From: Candidatus Cloacimonadales bacterium
GTDB taxonomy: Bacteria > Cloacimonadota > Cloacimonadia > Cloacimonadales > JAIOQZ01
NCBI GenBank assembly: GCA_963665815.1
Contig: OY762463.1
Coordinates: forward strand, 2,272,001-2,336,000
Direction of reading: 5' to 3'
DNA: 64,000 nucleotides
In this document: in pieces, positions 50,233 through 62,977 of the stretch
Layout of the letters: the number at the start of each line of letters is the position of its first letter
How positions within the stretch are numbered: the stretch's first letter is position 1
Notes under the pieces: model-generated
The model's database searches: none
What the model was told of the DNA's origin: nothing
What the model saw: only the letters and a program-made list of their open reading frames with translations
Position numbers and translations under genes: made by a program

Positions 50233-52587
50233 TTATTTCAACATTATCATTTTGTTTATCAGCGATGACTTTTCTGTTTTGACTTTATAGAAATATACTC
50301 CGGATGCTACGCTCTTGTTGTTTTGGTCTGTTCCGTTCCATTTTATTGTATGATATCCGCTTTCTTGATTTTTATTTATCAACTGCTTAACCTTCTGCCC
50401 CTTAATATTATACACTTCAATACAAACATTGCCTTCTTCAGGAAGACTGTATGATATGGTTGTGGTTGGGTTGAAGGGGTTAGGGTAGTTGTTAGCTGTA
50501 ACTTTTGTGTCTCTAAAATCTGAATACTTATTGAAATTGCCCACAGGCTGCCACTCATAACAGCCCATATCTACAGTACTGCCGTATGTTCTGGTGTTTC
50601 CTGCCAGATCAAGCAGTGGGAAATTACTGCCTGCTACTGCTCCGGCATCCACGCAGGGACTTGTTTCCTGCAATTTGTAATAGTCTGTGCTTGTGCTGTC
50701 TCCTCCGACAAACTCAGGCAAAACATCAATATTGGTGTCTTCGTAAGTAAGTAGATGCTCGTTTTCTTTGGGTATTACCATAACTGATTGCTCTCCACCT
50801 AAAATCAGATTATTACTAATCGTGGAGGAGTTCTGGTGATCTACAGTACATATTGCTATTTCTCTGGAATCGTACATAGAATATGGATTGTAGAAAATAT
50901 TATTATATACGTAAGAATTATTACCCACAATTTCAAACTTAACAAGCTGATCCTGAAAACTGATATAATTATTAGCAAATGTATTATTCCTGACATATGT
51001 GTCACCATAAATAGAACCAATATACCCCACAGCCTGTGCGTTGTATGATATATTGTTTACTACAAGGTTGTTATCAAATACAACAAGACTGTCTCCAAAC
51101 AGAACAAAAGCATTTTCATTGAGAGGAGCATAGCTTGTATTTCCATTGAATATACTGTTGGACACATAAACAGAGTCTGCTGTTACCCTTACTGCATTAT
51201 CACAACATTCTATATGATACTCTGTTACCTGATTACCGGTGAACTCGCAATTGTCTATTACTGCTTTGCCAATCCCAGACATAAATAAACCGGAATTACT
51301 ATCCGTTGATCTACAATTAAGTATTTTAACGTTTCTCAATTCAGCAGACTCGCATCCTTCAATCATTAATCCTGCAAAATTTCGAGCATAGCAGTTTTTT
51401 ATGACAACATCATCTAGTTGTATCTTCCTACCATTATGCCCTCGGAAAGTCAGTCCTTCACCTACGGGATTTTCTATAGTTAACCCTGATATTTCAATAT
51501 CTTTGTATTCATACATTGCATAAACAACACGTCTATCTGAAATATACCCACCAAGATAAGTGACATCTGAGCCTGCTCCGGCTAATCTGCAATGACTCTT
51601 CAATACAGGAGTATTAAATCTATCCAGAAACTGGAGCGAATAATCTCCGGCTGCAATATGAACAGTTTTGGGATTAAGACTGTCTGCCGCCAAAAGCTTG
51701 CAGGCATCTACAATTGAATACTTTGGATCATCGGGTGAAAGTCCGGAGTTAGCATCATCTCCATCCATTGATACATACAAATCTGCATTTACCGGTGTTA
51801 TGTGTCCTCTGAGAATGTCAAACTGCATGGGATTTCCTGTATATGATGAAAATAATCTACTGTAGTTTGCATAATATCGGGATGCAACAGCTTCACTGAA
51901 CTTATCAAGATAAATCATTATTACTTTATCATAATTTCGGGGAATATATCGAATTTCAATATCCATACCTCCATATGCCATATTATTGTATATACTGCAT
52001 CTGTTCACAGAAGAAAAGATCATTTCTGAAGTTAATTCTGGTTTATAACAAACTCCCCCCCCTGACCATGAGAAATTATCATGTATATCAAGCCCGGCTA
52101 ATTCAATATCTACTTCACCGGAAATATAAATTCCTCCTCCAAGATGAGTAACTTTATTTTCATAAATATCACAATTTGTAATCTTCATATTGCCATCTGC
52201 ATTAATACTGATGCCACCACCAACGGGACTAACTCCTCCGTAACCATTGGTAATTGTAAAACCTCTTATTTCTGCATTGTTTACCTGCTGTCCCCAGATT
52301 TCTATTACCTTGCCGACACCACAACCATTTAGTATGGTTTCTGCAATATAATGATTTTCTCCGGTTAGTGCTTCCATTGAATAAAGTTTTATGCATCTAC
52401 CGTTAAAATTAAGATTTACTGCATAAAATCCAGGATATACAAGTACAATATCACCATCGGATGAGCTGTCTATCGCCTGCTGTATATCGGTAAAATCTCC
52501 GCTGCCATCAAGGTTTACTGTATGTGTTAAACTTAACAGTATCAATGGTACTAGTGTAAGTATAAGTATTGCAAGCTGCTTTTTCAT
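50233..52587 (-). CDS. Secreted right-handed beta-helix protein with C-terminal sorting domain, paralog A
   Basis: DGSGDFTDIQQAID, GGGI repeats, LYVS.DGDD.NSGLSP..P, SPCVDAG...DLAGN.R...DMGCYE, YPNPFNP. Confidence 0.85.
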   Translation of the reverse strand: MKKQLAILILTLVPLILLSLTHTVNLDGSGDFTDIQQAIDSSSDGDIVLVYPGFYAVNLNFNGRCIKLYSMEALTGENHYIAETILNGCGVGKVIEIWGQQVNNAEIRGFTITNGYGGVSPVGGGISINADGNMKITNCDIYENKVTHLGGGIYISGEVDIELAGLDIHDNFSWSGGGVCYKPELTSEMIFSSVNRCSIYNNMAYGGMDIEIRYIPRNYDKVIMIYLDKFSEAVASRYYANYSRLFSSYTGNPMQFDILRGHITPVNADLYVSMDGDDANSGLSPDDPKYSIVDACKLLAADSLNPKTVHIAAGDYSLQFLDRFNTPVLKSHCRLAGAGSDVTYLGGYISDRRVVYAMYEYKDIEISGLTIENPVGEGLTFRGHNGRKIQLDDVVIKNCYARNFAGLMIEGCESAELRNVKILNCRSTDSNSGLFMSGIGKAVIDNCEFTGNQVTEYHIECCDNAVRVTADSVYVSNSIFNGNTSYAPLNENAFVLFGDSLVVFDNNLVVNNISYNAQAVGYIGSIYGDTYVRNNTFANNYISFQDQLVKFEIVGNNSYVYNNIFYNPYSMYDSREIAICTVDHQNSSTISNNLILGGEQSVMVIPKENEHLLTYEDTNIDVLPEFVGGDSTSTDYYKLQETSPCVDAGAVAGSNFPLLDLAGNTRTYGSTVDMGCYEWQPVGNFNKYSDFRDTKVTANNYPNPFNPTTTISYSLPEEGNVCIEVYNIKGQKVKQLINKNQESGYHTIKWNGTDQNNKSVASGVYFYKVKTEKSSLINKMIMLK

Positions 52588-52777
52588 AGGTTTCCTTCTT
52601 TTGAAATTCTCCTCTATAAAGAGGAGTACTCCGCTTTGCGGAGGGAGGTGTGTCTCACACCTTCCGAATGGACTTTGTCCTTCCGAATGGTGTGAGATAT
52701 ATTTATTTATTATTGTTAAACCTCAGCCTGTCCTGACTAAATCAGGACAGACAGCTCCCTGTATAGGGAGCACTCTT

Positions 52778-55132
52778 TTATTTCAACATTATCATTTTGT
52801 TTATTAACGATGATTTTTCTGTTTTGACTTTATAGAAATATACTCCGGAACCTACGCTCTTATCGTTTTCGTCTGTTCCGTTCCATTTTATTGTATGATG
52901 TCCGCTTTCCTTGTGTTCATTTATGAGCTGTTTAACCTTTTGGCCTTTAATGTTGTAAATTTCAATACAAACATTGCTTTCTTCAGGAAGACTGTATGAT
53001 ATGGTTGTGGTTGGGTTAAAGGGGTTTGGGTAGTTATAAGCAATTAACTTTGTGTCTCTAAAAGCTAAATCCTGATTGAAATTACCCACAGGCTGCCATT
53101 CATAACAACCTATATCTACAGTACTGCCATATATTCTCTGGTTTCCTGCCAGATCAAGCAGTGGGAAATTACTGCCTGTTACAGCTCCGGCATCTACACA
53201 GGGACTTGTTTCCTGCAATTTGTAATAGTCTGTGCTTGTGCTGTCTCCTCCGACAAACTCAGGCAAAACATCAATATTGGTGTCTTCGTAAGTAAGTAGA
53301 TGCTCGTTTTCTTTGGGTATTACCATAACTGATTGCTCTCCACCTAAAATCAGATTATTACTAATCGTGGAGGAGTTCTGGTGATCTACAGTACATATTG
53401 CTATTTCTCTGGAATCGTACATAGAATATGGATTGTAGAAAATATTATTATATACGTAAGAATTATTACCCACAATTTCAAACTTAACAAGCTGATCCTG
53501 AAAACTGATATAATTGTTGGCAAATGTATTATTCCTGACATATGTGTCACCATAAATAGAACCAATATACCCCACAGCCTGTGCGTTGTATGATATATTG
53601 TTTACTACAAGGTTGTTATCAAATACAACAAGACTGTCTCCAAACAGAACAAAAGCATTTTCATTGAGAGGAGCATAGCTTGTATTTCCATTGAATATAC
53701 TGTTGGACACATAAACAGAGTCTGCTGTTACCCTTACTGCATTATCACAACATTCTATATGATACTCTGTTACCTGATTACCGGTGAATTCGCAGCTATC
53801 TATGATTGCTTTACCAATACCATACATGTATAGTCCTGATTTGCTGTCTGTTGCCCTGCAATTCAGAATTTTCACATTCCTTAGCTCAACATAATCGCAA
53901 TCTTCAATCATTAAGCCAGTAATACTCCTGTCATAACAATTTTTTATGACAACATCCTTTAGTCTCACAGACTTACCATTATCCCCCCGAAAAGTCAATC
54001 CTTCCCCGACAGGATTTTCTATTGTCAATCCGGATATTTCAATATCCTTGTATTCATACATTGCATACATAATACGTCTTTCCAATAAATAACCGCCAAG
54101 ATAAGTGACATCTGAGCCTGCTCCGGCTAATCTGCAATGACTCTTTAATACAGGAGTATTAAATCTGTTTAGAAACTGAAATGAGTAATCTCCAGCTGCA
54201 ATATGTATAGTTTTGGGATTAAGACTGTCTGCTGCTATAAGCCTGCAGGCATCTACTATTGAATACTTTGGATCATCGGGTGAAAGTCCTGAGTTTGCAT
54301 CATCTCCATCCATGGATATATACAAATCAGAATTTACAGGAGTTATGTGTCCTCTGAGAATATCAAACTGCATGGGATTTGCTGTATATGATGAATATAA
54401 ACTACTGTAGTTTGCATAATATCGGGATGGTATAGCTTCGCTGAATTTATCAAGATAAATCATTGTCACCTTGTCATAATCGCGGGGAATGTATCTAATT
54501 GATAAATCCATTCCTATGTACGCCATATTATTATATATACTGCATCTGTTAACTGAGGAGAAAATTAGTTCCGTAGTTAACTCGGGTTCACAGTATATCC
54601 CCCCCCCCCCCCAGGAGAAATTATCATGTATACTTATCCCGGAGAGTTCAATAATTAAATCTCCAGCAATAAAAATGCCTCCTCCAACACGCTCAACTCG
54701 GTTATCATATATTTCGCAATTAGCAATCTTCATATCACCATCGGCATTAATGCTGATACCTCCCCCCACAACGTGATCTTCTCCATATCCATTAGTAATT
54801 GTGAAACCTCTTATTTCTGCATTATTAACCTGCTGATCCCAGATTTCTATTACTTTGCCAACCCCACACCCATTTAGTATGGTTTCTGCAATATAATGAT
54901 CTTCTCCGGTTAGTGCTTCCATAGAGTAAAGCTTTATGGATCTACCGTTAAAATTGAGGTTTACTGCATAAAATCCAGGATACACAAGTACTATATCACC
55001 ATCGGAAGAACTGTCTATTGCTTGTTGTATATCAGTAAAATCTCCGCTGCCATCAAGGTTTACTGTATGTGTTAAACTTAACAGTATCAATGGTACTAGT
55101 GTAAGTATAAGTATTGCAAGCTGCTTTTTCAT
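52778..55132 (-). CDS. Secreted beta-helix protein with sorting domain, paralog B, containing a G14 tract
   Basis: Same architecture as 50233-52587; start moved to MKKQLA. Confidence 0.85.
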   Translation of the reverse strand: MKKQLAILILTLVPLILLSLTHTVNLDGSGDFTDIQQAIDSSSDGDIVLVYPGFYAVNLNFNGRSIKLYSMEALTGEDHYIAETILNGCGVGKVIEIWDQQVNNAEIRGFTITNGYGEDHVVGGGISINADGDMKIANCEIYDNRVERVGGGIFIAGDLIIELSGISIHDNFSWGGGGIYCEPELTTELIFSSVNRCSIYNNMAYIGMDLSIRYIPRDYDKVTMIYLDKFSEAIPSRYYANYSSLYSSYTANPMQFDILRGHITPVNSDLYISMDGDDANSGLSPDDPKYSIVDACRLIAADSLNPKTIHIAAGDYSFQFLNRFNTPVLKSHCRLAGAGSDVTYLGGYLLERRIMYAMYEYKDIEISGLTIENPVGEGLTFRGDNGKSVRLKDVVIKNCYDRSITGLMIEDCDYVELRNVKILNCRATDSKSGLYMYGIGKAIIDSCEFTGNQVTEYHIECCDNAVRVTADSVYVSNSIFNGNTSYAPLNENAFVLFGDSLVVFDNNLVVNNISYNAQAVGYIGSIYGDTYVRNNTFANNYISFQDQLVKFEIVGNNSYVYNNIFYNPYSMYDSREIAICTVDHQNSSTISNNLILGGEQSVMVIPKENEHLLTYEDTNIDVLPEFVGGDSTSTDYYKLQETSPCVDAGAVTGSNFPLLDLAGNQRIYGSTVDIGCYEWQPVGNFNQDLAFRDTKLIAYNYPNPFNPTTTISYSLPEESNVCIEIYNIKGQKVKQLINEHKESGHHTIKWNGTDENDKSVGSGVYFYKVKTEKSSLINKMIMLK

Positions 55133-55242
55133 AGGTTTCCTTCTTTGAAATTCTCCTCTATGAAGAGGAGTACTCCGCAATGCGGAGAGAGGTGTGAGAA
55201 AATTATGTTTTATGTAGCCACACCATTCGGAAGGGGAAAATA

Positions 55243-57765
55243 CTATTTCAACATTATCATTTTGTTTATTAACGATGATTTTTCTGTTTTGACTTTATAG
55301 AAATATACTCCGGAACCTACACTTTTGTTGTTTTCGTCTGTCCCGTTCCATTTAATTGCATGATGTCCACTTTCCTTGTGCTCATTCACCAGTTGTTTTA
55401 CCTTTTGGCCTTTAATGTTGTAAATTTCAATACAGACATTGCTTTCTTCAGGAAGACTGTATGATATGGTTGTGGTTGGGTTAAACGGATTAGGGTAGTT
55501 CTTACCGGTAAAGGAATAAGCTTCCGGAGCTTCTTCTTCCTTGTAATCATGCTCAACATAAGATATTCTGACTCTCTGATGCTCAGGACTCAGTCTGATA
55601 TCCTTCTCCATATACTTTTTCTGTTCCGCATCATAAACTTGCAGATTCTCTGAGAAAACCTCTTCACGTTCTCCATACCATTTTACAATATCAATATTGG
55701 CATCATAAAGGTCATCTGTAACATATGCGAATACTGCAGCATCCTGACCATGAACAACAGAAGCACCAATACATTCACCATTGGCATATACAGCAATTTC
55801 CTGAGGAATATCATCCGGAGCGAACTCAAATACAAATGTATTATAATCAGCTTGTTCAGTATAGTCAAAATAATTCAGATCCGTATCTGCCTCAATATTA
55901 TTGAAAACAGTAGTAACAACATTTCCACCACCTGTGGATACAAAGCCTTCATCCCAGATGAATGACGCAGGGTTTTCAGTTTCAACCACTATCATATCAC
56001 CGTATTGTACGCCATCATAATAACTCTGGTTTGCCACACCTTCCCAGGTGATAATCATCTGAGAAAACAGACTGTCTCCTATAATTTCTACGTGTTTTTC
56101 GTAAGACCAATATTGACCATGAATTCTCTTAAGCTGGTTACCTAAAGTACCACCAAAAGCTGATACTGGAGAAGTTGATGATTCCGAACCATAATAGCAC
56201 ACCCAAGTTTCTACTTCACCAAATGGTATGCTTACCGGCTCATCATTTCTGATACATACTCCATGATAATTATTGATCGCTGCTCCATTATCAATCTGAA
56301 CCTTATAACCTTTGTACTGCTTGATAATTTCAGATTCATCATCCCAATATCCACCTTCATTTTCTGATGTTGTTACAATCATTGCTTCATTATCATAGTC
56401 TGGAGTCTGGTAACTGAATTGATGAACAGTAAATGGGTCGTCATCATCCATAAACTCAGCAAAGAAACCATCCAACTGGTCATGATTACCAATTGGATCA
56501 ATAACGGGGAAACCAACCCAGAACCAGTTCTCGGTTTTAGGATCATCAGTATCAAACTGGTAGTTAAGGCGTTTGTCGTCAAACTGGTATGCTCCAACGT
56601 CAACTGTAGTTCCATCAGTTGCAAATACATTACCTATACAATCTGATTTCCCATCGTTATCCCAGTTTAAAGTATAATCACCGTTATCAGGGTCAGTGAA
56701 ATAAGGATCAGTAATTTGAGTTAATCCTGCCGGATATGTCACACTTTCATCTCCGCTCAAATAAACGGAATTAGTGTATGTTCCTGTTGATGGTGGATAT
56801 TCAATAATGCTGTTTTCGCAGGTATTTACTCCGCAAATAATTGGTCTCCAGGCGCTATCATGTAAAAGTGTACTATTTTCAATATTGATTCCATTGGTTA
56901 GGAACTGGCAGGGAGTTCCAACATAAGTTTGGATACGATTATCATAAGTAACTACTTTTTCAAACGTTGTTGTACAACCAGTTCGGCAATTACTCACAAT
57001 AGAACAAGATGTATTATCAGGAATTACACCTCCAGTGTACAAAGGTCTGCTGAAACAATCATGAATGTGAACATTCTCAAGAGTGATATCTGCATTACCT
57101 ACCCCAAAAACAGCTGCACCTGTTGGAGCAGTTCCATTCTCAATACTGAGATTTATTAGATGAACTTCAGCGTTCTGAACTCCCACAACAGATTTGTAAG
57201 CATTTCCTCTTAATATAGTCAGTCCCGGTCCTTCTCCAATTATTGTCAGATCTTTATTCGTTATTCCGCAATATCCGGTATATGTTCCTGATGGAAGTGT
57301 AATTGTATCACCGCTCGAAGCATTGCTTATCAAGGTTTGCAAAGGACTTACCATGTCGGCCGGAAACTGACTGATATTATCAGTTATTGAACCTACAACA
57401 TATTCCACATTGAACTCATCTGTTTCATACAAGACAATACTATAATAACTGGTTCTTACACTTCCGGTATTATTGGAACCGTTAATGTCGAAATCAAACG
57501 TAACACCCCAAAAGTTAAAAGATACACCATCAATTGTTAACCAGTTTGAGTCTGTTGTAACTTCGAATCTTTGACAGTTGTCCGGGATTCCATTTAAAAA
57601 ATCATAATCGATTTCAAAAGATGTTGATGTTCCTGTTGTCCAGAATGGACCTGTAAAGTAATTTAGTCCTGGAAATTGGTCATAGCGATATGGACTGCTG
57701 AATGAAATACTGAATAGTCCAATTGCTAATCCAGTCAAAATAAGTACGAGATAAATTTTTTTCAT
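55243..57765 (-). CDS. Secreted protein with short beta-helix region and C-terminal sorting domain
   Basis: Signal peptide MKKIYLV after AAGGAG; GDTITLPSGTY, DPYFTDP..GDYTL, DVGAYQF, YPNPFNP. Confidence 0.8.
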   Translation of the reverse strand: MKKIYLVLILTGLAIGLFSISFSSPYRYDQFPGLNYFTGPFWTTGTSTSFEIDYDFLNGIPDNCQRFEVTTDSNWLTIDGVSFNFWGVTFDFDINGSNNTGSVRTSYYSIVLYETDEFNVEYVVGSITDNISQFPADMVSPLQTLISNASSGDTITLPSGTYTGYCGITNKDLTIIGEGPGLTILRGNAYKSVVGVQNAEVHLINLSIENGTAPTGAAVFGVGNADITLENVHIHDCFSRPLYTGGVIPDNTSCSIVSNCRTGCTTTFEKVVTYDNRIQTYVGTPCQFLTNGINIENSTLLHDSAWRPIICGVNTCENSIIEYPPSTGTYTNSVYLSGDESVTYPAGLTQITDPYFTDPDNGDYTLNWDNDGKSDCIGNVFATDGTTVDVGAYQFDDKRLNYQFDTDDPKTENWFWVGFPVIDPIGNHDQLDGFFAEFMDDDDPFTVHQFSYQTPDYDNEAMIVTTSENEGGYWDDESEIIKQYKGYKVQIDNGAAINNYHGVCIRNDEPVSIPFGEVETWVCYYGSESSTSPVSAFGGTLGNQLKRIHGQYWSYEKHVEIIGDSLFSQMIITWEGVANQSYYDGVQYGDMIVVETENPASFIWDEGFVSTGGGNVVTTVFNNIEADTDLNYFDYTEQADYNTFVFEFAPDDIPQEIAVYANGECIGASVVHGQDAAVFAYVTDDLYDANIDIVKWYGEREEVFSENLQVYDAEQKKYMEKDIRLSPEHQRVRISYVEHDYKEEEAPEAYSFTGKNYPNPFNPTTTISYSLPEESNVCIEIYNIKGQKVKQLVNEHKESGHHAIKWNGTDENNKSVGSGVYFYKVKTEKSSLINKMIMLK

Positions 57766-58237
57766 TATTTTCTCCTTCTGTGGAGACGAGAAAAAACTTG
57801 CACACAAATCATAATCCTGCAATGATGTATTCAGGAAATGGGTTTGTTGCGGTCTTCTTGCCGGAAGCTATTGTTTGCATTCTCATTTCCGTTTATTGAT
57901 ACTATAATATTGTCATTTTGAAATGGAGTATTTAAGAAACCAGATTACTACATTAAGAGAACCTTACTCAGGGAAAAATACATACTTATAAAGAAACACA
58001 ACTACATATCTGCAAGAATTCAAAATATTGTCTAAGAGCTTTTATCTGTTGAAACTGTAGATGAATTTCATCGAAGCTCTTTTAATTCTACACCGATATA
58101 AAACTTTCCATTTGATCAATTGAGAACAAATCTGGGGGAGGCATGTCAAGGTATTTTTGCGTATTTTGGAATCCCCCCGTTTTTTCTTGAAAATCTGACT
58201 TCAAGATAACTGGAAGGATTTTATCAGACATTTCTTA

Positions 58238-58444
58238 GAAAAATGCACTATTCATTTTCTTTGATGCCAAAGAAAACGAAACAAAAGAAAATTGAGAAGT
58301 TGATGAAATTGTAAATTTCATCAAAAAGCACTCTTTTTAAAATGTATTTCCAGTAAACTGGAACCATGAATTTTCCCTAAAATCCTTCCAAGGCTTCAGG
58401 ATTTCTTAACGGTTAAATTTATTATACAGTAAAAAAGAGAAAAT
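58238..58444. repeat. Dispersed structured non-coding repeat, copy 2, with an extra hairpin
   Basis: Aligns with 19667-19838 plus insert containing ttgatgaaatt-gta-aatttcatcaa. Confidence 0.85.
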
Positions 58445-58701
58445 GCTATCATCAATGCAAAACAATCATACTTAGTTCAAAGCTATTACATTGATTCATA
58501 TTTTCCACTGATTTAATGTTTCAAAACTTTTATTTATAATAAGTTATACATACATTGTATTTGGTTTTCGGGGGGATACCTAATTTTTGCGTATTTTCAT
58601 TTAATTTTTCAGCGGTATGCAAATCAATCTGTTATTGCTCATAACCGAAATATCAATACGATTTCAATGAAAGTATGTAATCCCTCATTTTAATTATAAG
58701 C

Positions 58702-58731
58702 AAAAAACCCCATCGAATTTCTCCGATGGGG
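58702..58731 (-). terminator. atp operon terminator
   Basis: aaaaaa-ccccatcg-aatttctc-cgatgggg. Confidence 0.8.
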
Positions 58732-58756
58732 CTTCTTAACAATTTATGAATTAATG

Positions 58757-60572
<1,816 letters not shown>

Positions 60573-60586
60573 TTATCATTAATTTT

Positions 60587-61435
60587 CTATTGTAAAGCTT
60601 CTGCACCGGACGAAATCTCAATAATTTCTGTTGTAATTCCAGCTTGTCGTACTCTGTTATATTTAAGTGTAAGCGCTTCAATTAACTCTGCTGCGTTATC
60701 TGTTGCAGAATCCATAGCAGTCATACGAGCGCCTTGTTCTGCCGCAGATGATTCCAGCATGATTCTCCAGATTTCCACATCACCGAACTTATGAGCAAGC
60801 TCTTCGATAATAGTCTTTTCATCCGGTTCATACAGATAATCAAGTGTGCTTATTTCATCAGTTTTAAGTGGAACAATCGGGAATAACTGTTTAACAATCA
60901 CGTTCTGTTGAATAGCTGATTTGAACTCATTATACAGAACATTCACTTTTGCATATCCTTTTTCCAGGAATAAGTTAAGCAGGAATGTTCCAATTTCTTT
61001 GGAATGAGTAAAATCCATTTCATTGAACAGATACAGATATTTTTCAATCACGTTATCAGTTCTTTTCTTGATATGATCAAACCCTTTTTTTCCAAGACAG
61101 ATAATGTCGGCATCAGGGTTCTTTATTATGTATTCATCAGCTCTTCTTATAATGTTTGAGTTAAACGATCCACACAATCCACGGTCAGATGTAACAACTA
61201 ACAAAGCTTCTTTCCCATCTTTCACTTCGTCGAGTAAAGGATGACCAGAAAAAGAGTTTTTGTACTTTATACTTGCAAGCATATCATTAAGCATGTTGGC
61301 ATAAGGTCTTGCTTTCACAATCCTTTCCTGAGCTTTTCTGAGTCTTGCAGCAGCAACCATTTTCATTGCATTGGTTATTTGCTTAGTACTTTTAACACTA
61401 TCTATTCTGGTTTTAATCTCTCGTATATTAGCCAT
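60587..61435 (-). CDS. atpG: F0F1 ATP synthase subunit gamma
   Basis: QITNAMKMVAA, SDRGLCGSFN, RQAGITTEI.EI..GA. Confidence 0.97.
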   Translation of the reverse strand: MANIREIKTRIDSVKSTKQITNAMKMVAAARLRKAQERIVKARPYANMLNDMLASIKYKNSFSGHPLLDEVKDGKEALLVVTSDRGLCGSFNSNIIRRADEYIIKNPDADIICLGKKGFDHIKKRTDNVIEKYLYLFNEMDFTHSKEIGTFLLNLFLEKGYAKVNVLYNEFKSAIQQNVIVKQLFPIVPLKTDEISTLDYLYEPDEKTIIEELAHKFGDVEIWRIMLESSAAEQGARMTAMDSATDNAAELIEALTLKYNRVRQAGITTEIIEISSGAEALQ

Positions 61436-61455
61436 GGATATTCCTTATTGTCTGA

Positions 61456-62955
61456 TTAAAACTTTTCCAGTACTTTTTCGCAGATTTCTTTCATTTTAGC
61501 ACGAACTTCATCGGTAATTTTACCTTTAACAAGCTCGTTCATGAAGTCTTTATGTTGCAGGTCAAGTGTATTGAACAGTTCTTCTTCAACTACCTTGACA
61601 TTATCTTTTTCAATTTTATCCAGCATTCCGGCATTGGCCATGAAGATAATAAAGATCTGTTTAGCTACTGGAAGCGGAGAATATTGTCCCTGTTTGAGAA
61701 TCTCAATAAGTCTCTCCCCTCTTCTGAGCTGAGCTTGTGTAGCTTTGTCAAGGTCTGAACCGAACTTGGCAAATGCTTCCAGATCCGCATATTGTGCAAG
61801 GTCAAGACGAAGCTGACCAGTTACACCCTTCATTGCTTTAATCTGAGCGCTACCACCCACACGGGATACAGAGAGACCCGCATTAATAGCAGGACGTACA
61901 CCGGAGTGGAAAAGTTTGGAACTCAGATAAATCTGACCATCTGTAATAGAGATCACATTTGTCGGGATATACGCTGTGATGTCATCTGCCTGTGTTTCAA
62001 TGATAGGCAATGCTGTAAGCGATCCGCCACCACAATCTGCACTGAGTTTGGAAGCTCTCTCAAGAAGTCTTGAGTGAAGGTAGAAAACGTCTCCCGGATA
62101 TGCTTCACGTCCCGGAGGTCTTCTGAGAAGGAGTGATAACTCACGATAAGCAACAGCGTGTTTGGAAAGATCATCATAGATAATCAGAGCATGCTGTCCT
62201 TTATCACGGAAGTACTCACCCATAGAGCAACCTGCGTAAGGTGCAAGATAGTTAAGTGATGCAGTATCTGAAGCTGATGCGGCAACAATAATTGTATAAT
62301 CCATTGCACCGTGTTTTTCCAGAGTTTTCACGATTTTAGCAATAGAAGATTGTTTCTGACCTACACCAACATACACACAGATAACATCTGTATCTTTCTG
62401 GTTTATAATTGTATCGATTGCGATAGCTGTTTTACCGGTTTGACGGTCACCGATAATAAGCTCACGCTGTCCTCTTCCGATAGGAATCATGGAGTCGATA
62501 GATTTCAGACCTGTTTGAAGAGGTTCCTTCACAGGTTGTCTCTGAATAACTCCAAGAGCTTTTCTTTCTACAGGAAGAGTATCTGTTGTTTTAATCTCAC
62601 CTTTACCGTCAATTGGCTCACCAAGCGGATTAACAACGCGTCCAAGCATTGCATCACCAACAGGAACCTGCAGAATTTTTTTGGTTCTTCTTACGATATC
62701 CCCTTCTTTAACCTTACGTGTATCACCAAAGATAATACAACCAACATTATCTTCTTCAAGGTTAAGAGCCATACCAACAACACCACCAGGAAACTCAATC
62801 ATTTCTCCAGCCATAACATTGTTCATACCATATACACGGGCAATACCATCACCAACCTGCAGAACCTTACCGGTTTCAGCAATGTCAATTTCAAATTTAT
62901 ACTGATTTATTTTCTCTTTCAGAATTGAACTGACTTCATCTGGTTGTATTTTCAT
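61456..62955 (-). CDS. atpA: F0F1 ATP synthase subunit alpha
   Basis: [35 protein letters not shown]. Confidence 0.98.
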   Translation of the reverse strand: MKIQPDEVSSILKEKINQYKFEIDIAETGKVLQVGDGIARVYGMNNVMAGEMIEFPGGVVGMALNLEEDNVGCIIFGDTRKVKEGDIVRRTKKILQVPVGDAMLGRVVNPLGEPIDGKGEIKTTDTLPVERKALGVIQRQPVKEPLQTGLKSIDSMIPIGRGQRELIIGDRQTGKTAIAIDTIINQKDTDVICVYVGVGQKQSSIAKIVKTLEKHGAMDYTIIVAASASDTASLNYLAPYAGCSMGEYFRDKGQHALIIYDDLSKHAVAYRELSLLLRRPPGREAYPGDVFYLHSRLLERASKLSADCGGGSLTALPIIETQADDITAYIPTNVISITDGQIYLSSKLFHSGVRPAINAGLSVSRVGGSAQIKAMKGVTGQLRLDLAQYADLEAFAKFGSDLDKATQAQLRRGERLIEILKQGQYSPLPVAKQIFIIFMANAGMLDKIEKDNVKVVEEELFNTLDLQHKDFMNELVKGKITDEVRAKMKEICEKVLEKF

Positions 62956-62977
62956 ACTGACCTCAATTTTCTTTTTG

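Larger units (their letters stand above)
50215..58729. mobile_element. Putative integrase-free genomic islet at the 3' end of atpC
   Basis: Bounded by exact 59-bp direct repeats; three accessory secreted-protein genes; no recombinase inside. Confidence 0.55.

Noticed and set aside
55133-55180. N-terminal extension MRSTPLHRGEFQRRKP of ORF 52778-55180
   Set aside because: Translates the hairpin leader; paralog A starts at MKKQLA after the same RBS.
57770-57890. c-di-GMP-I riboswitch upstream of the islet genes
   Set aside because: Some hairpin potential, but the GCAAAC...GAAA...GCAAAG pattern is not properly matched.
50215-58729. Integron cassette array or prophage
   Set aside because: No attC-type RYYYAAC/GTTRRRY boundaries recognised, no integrase and no phage genes.
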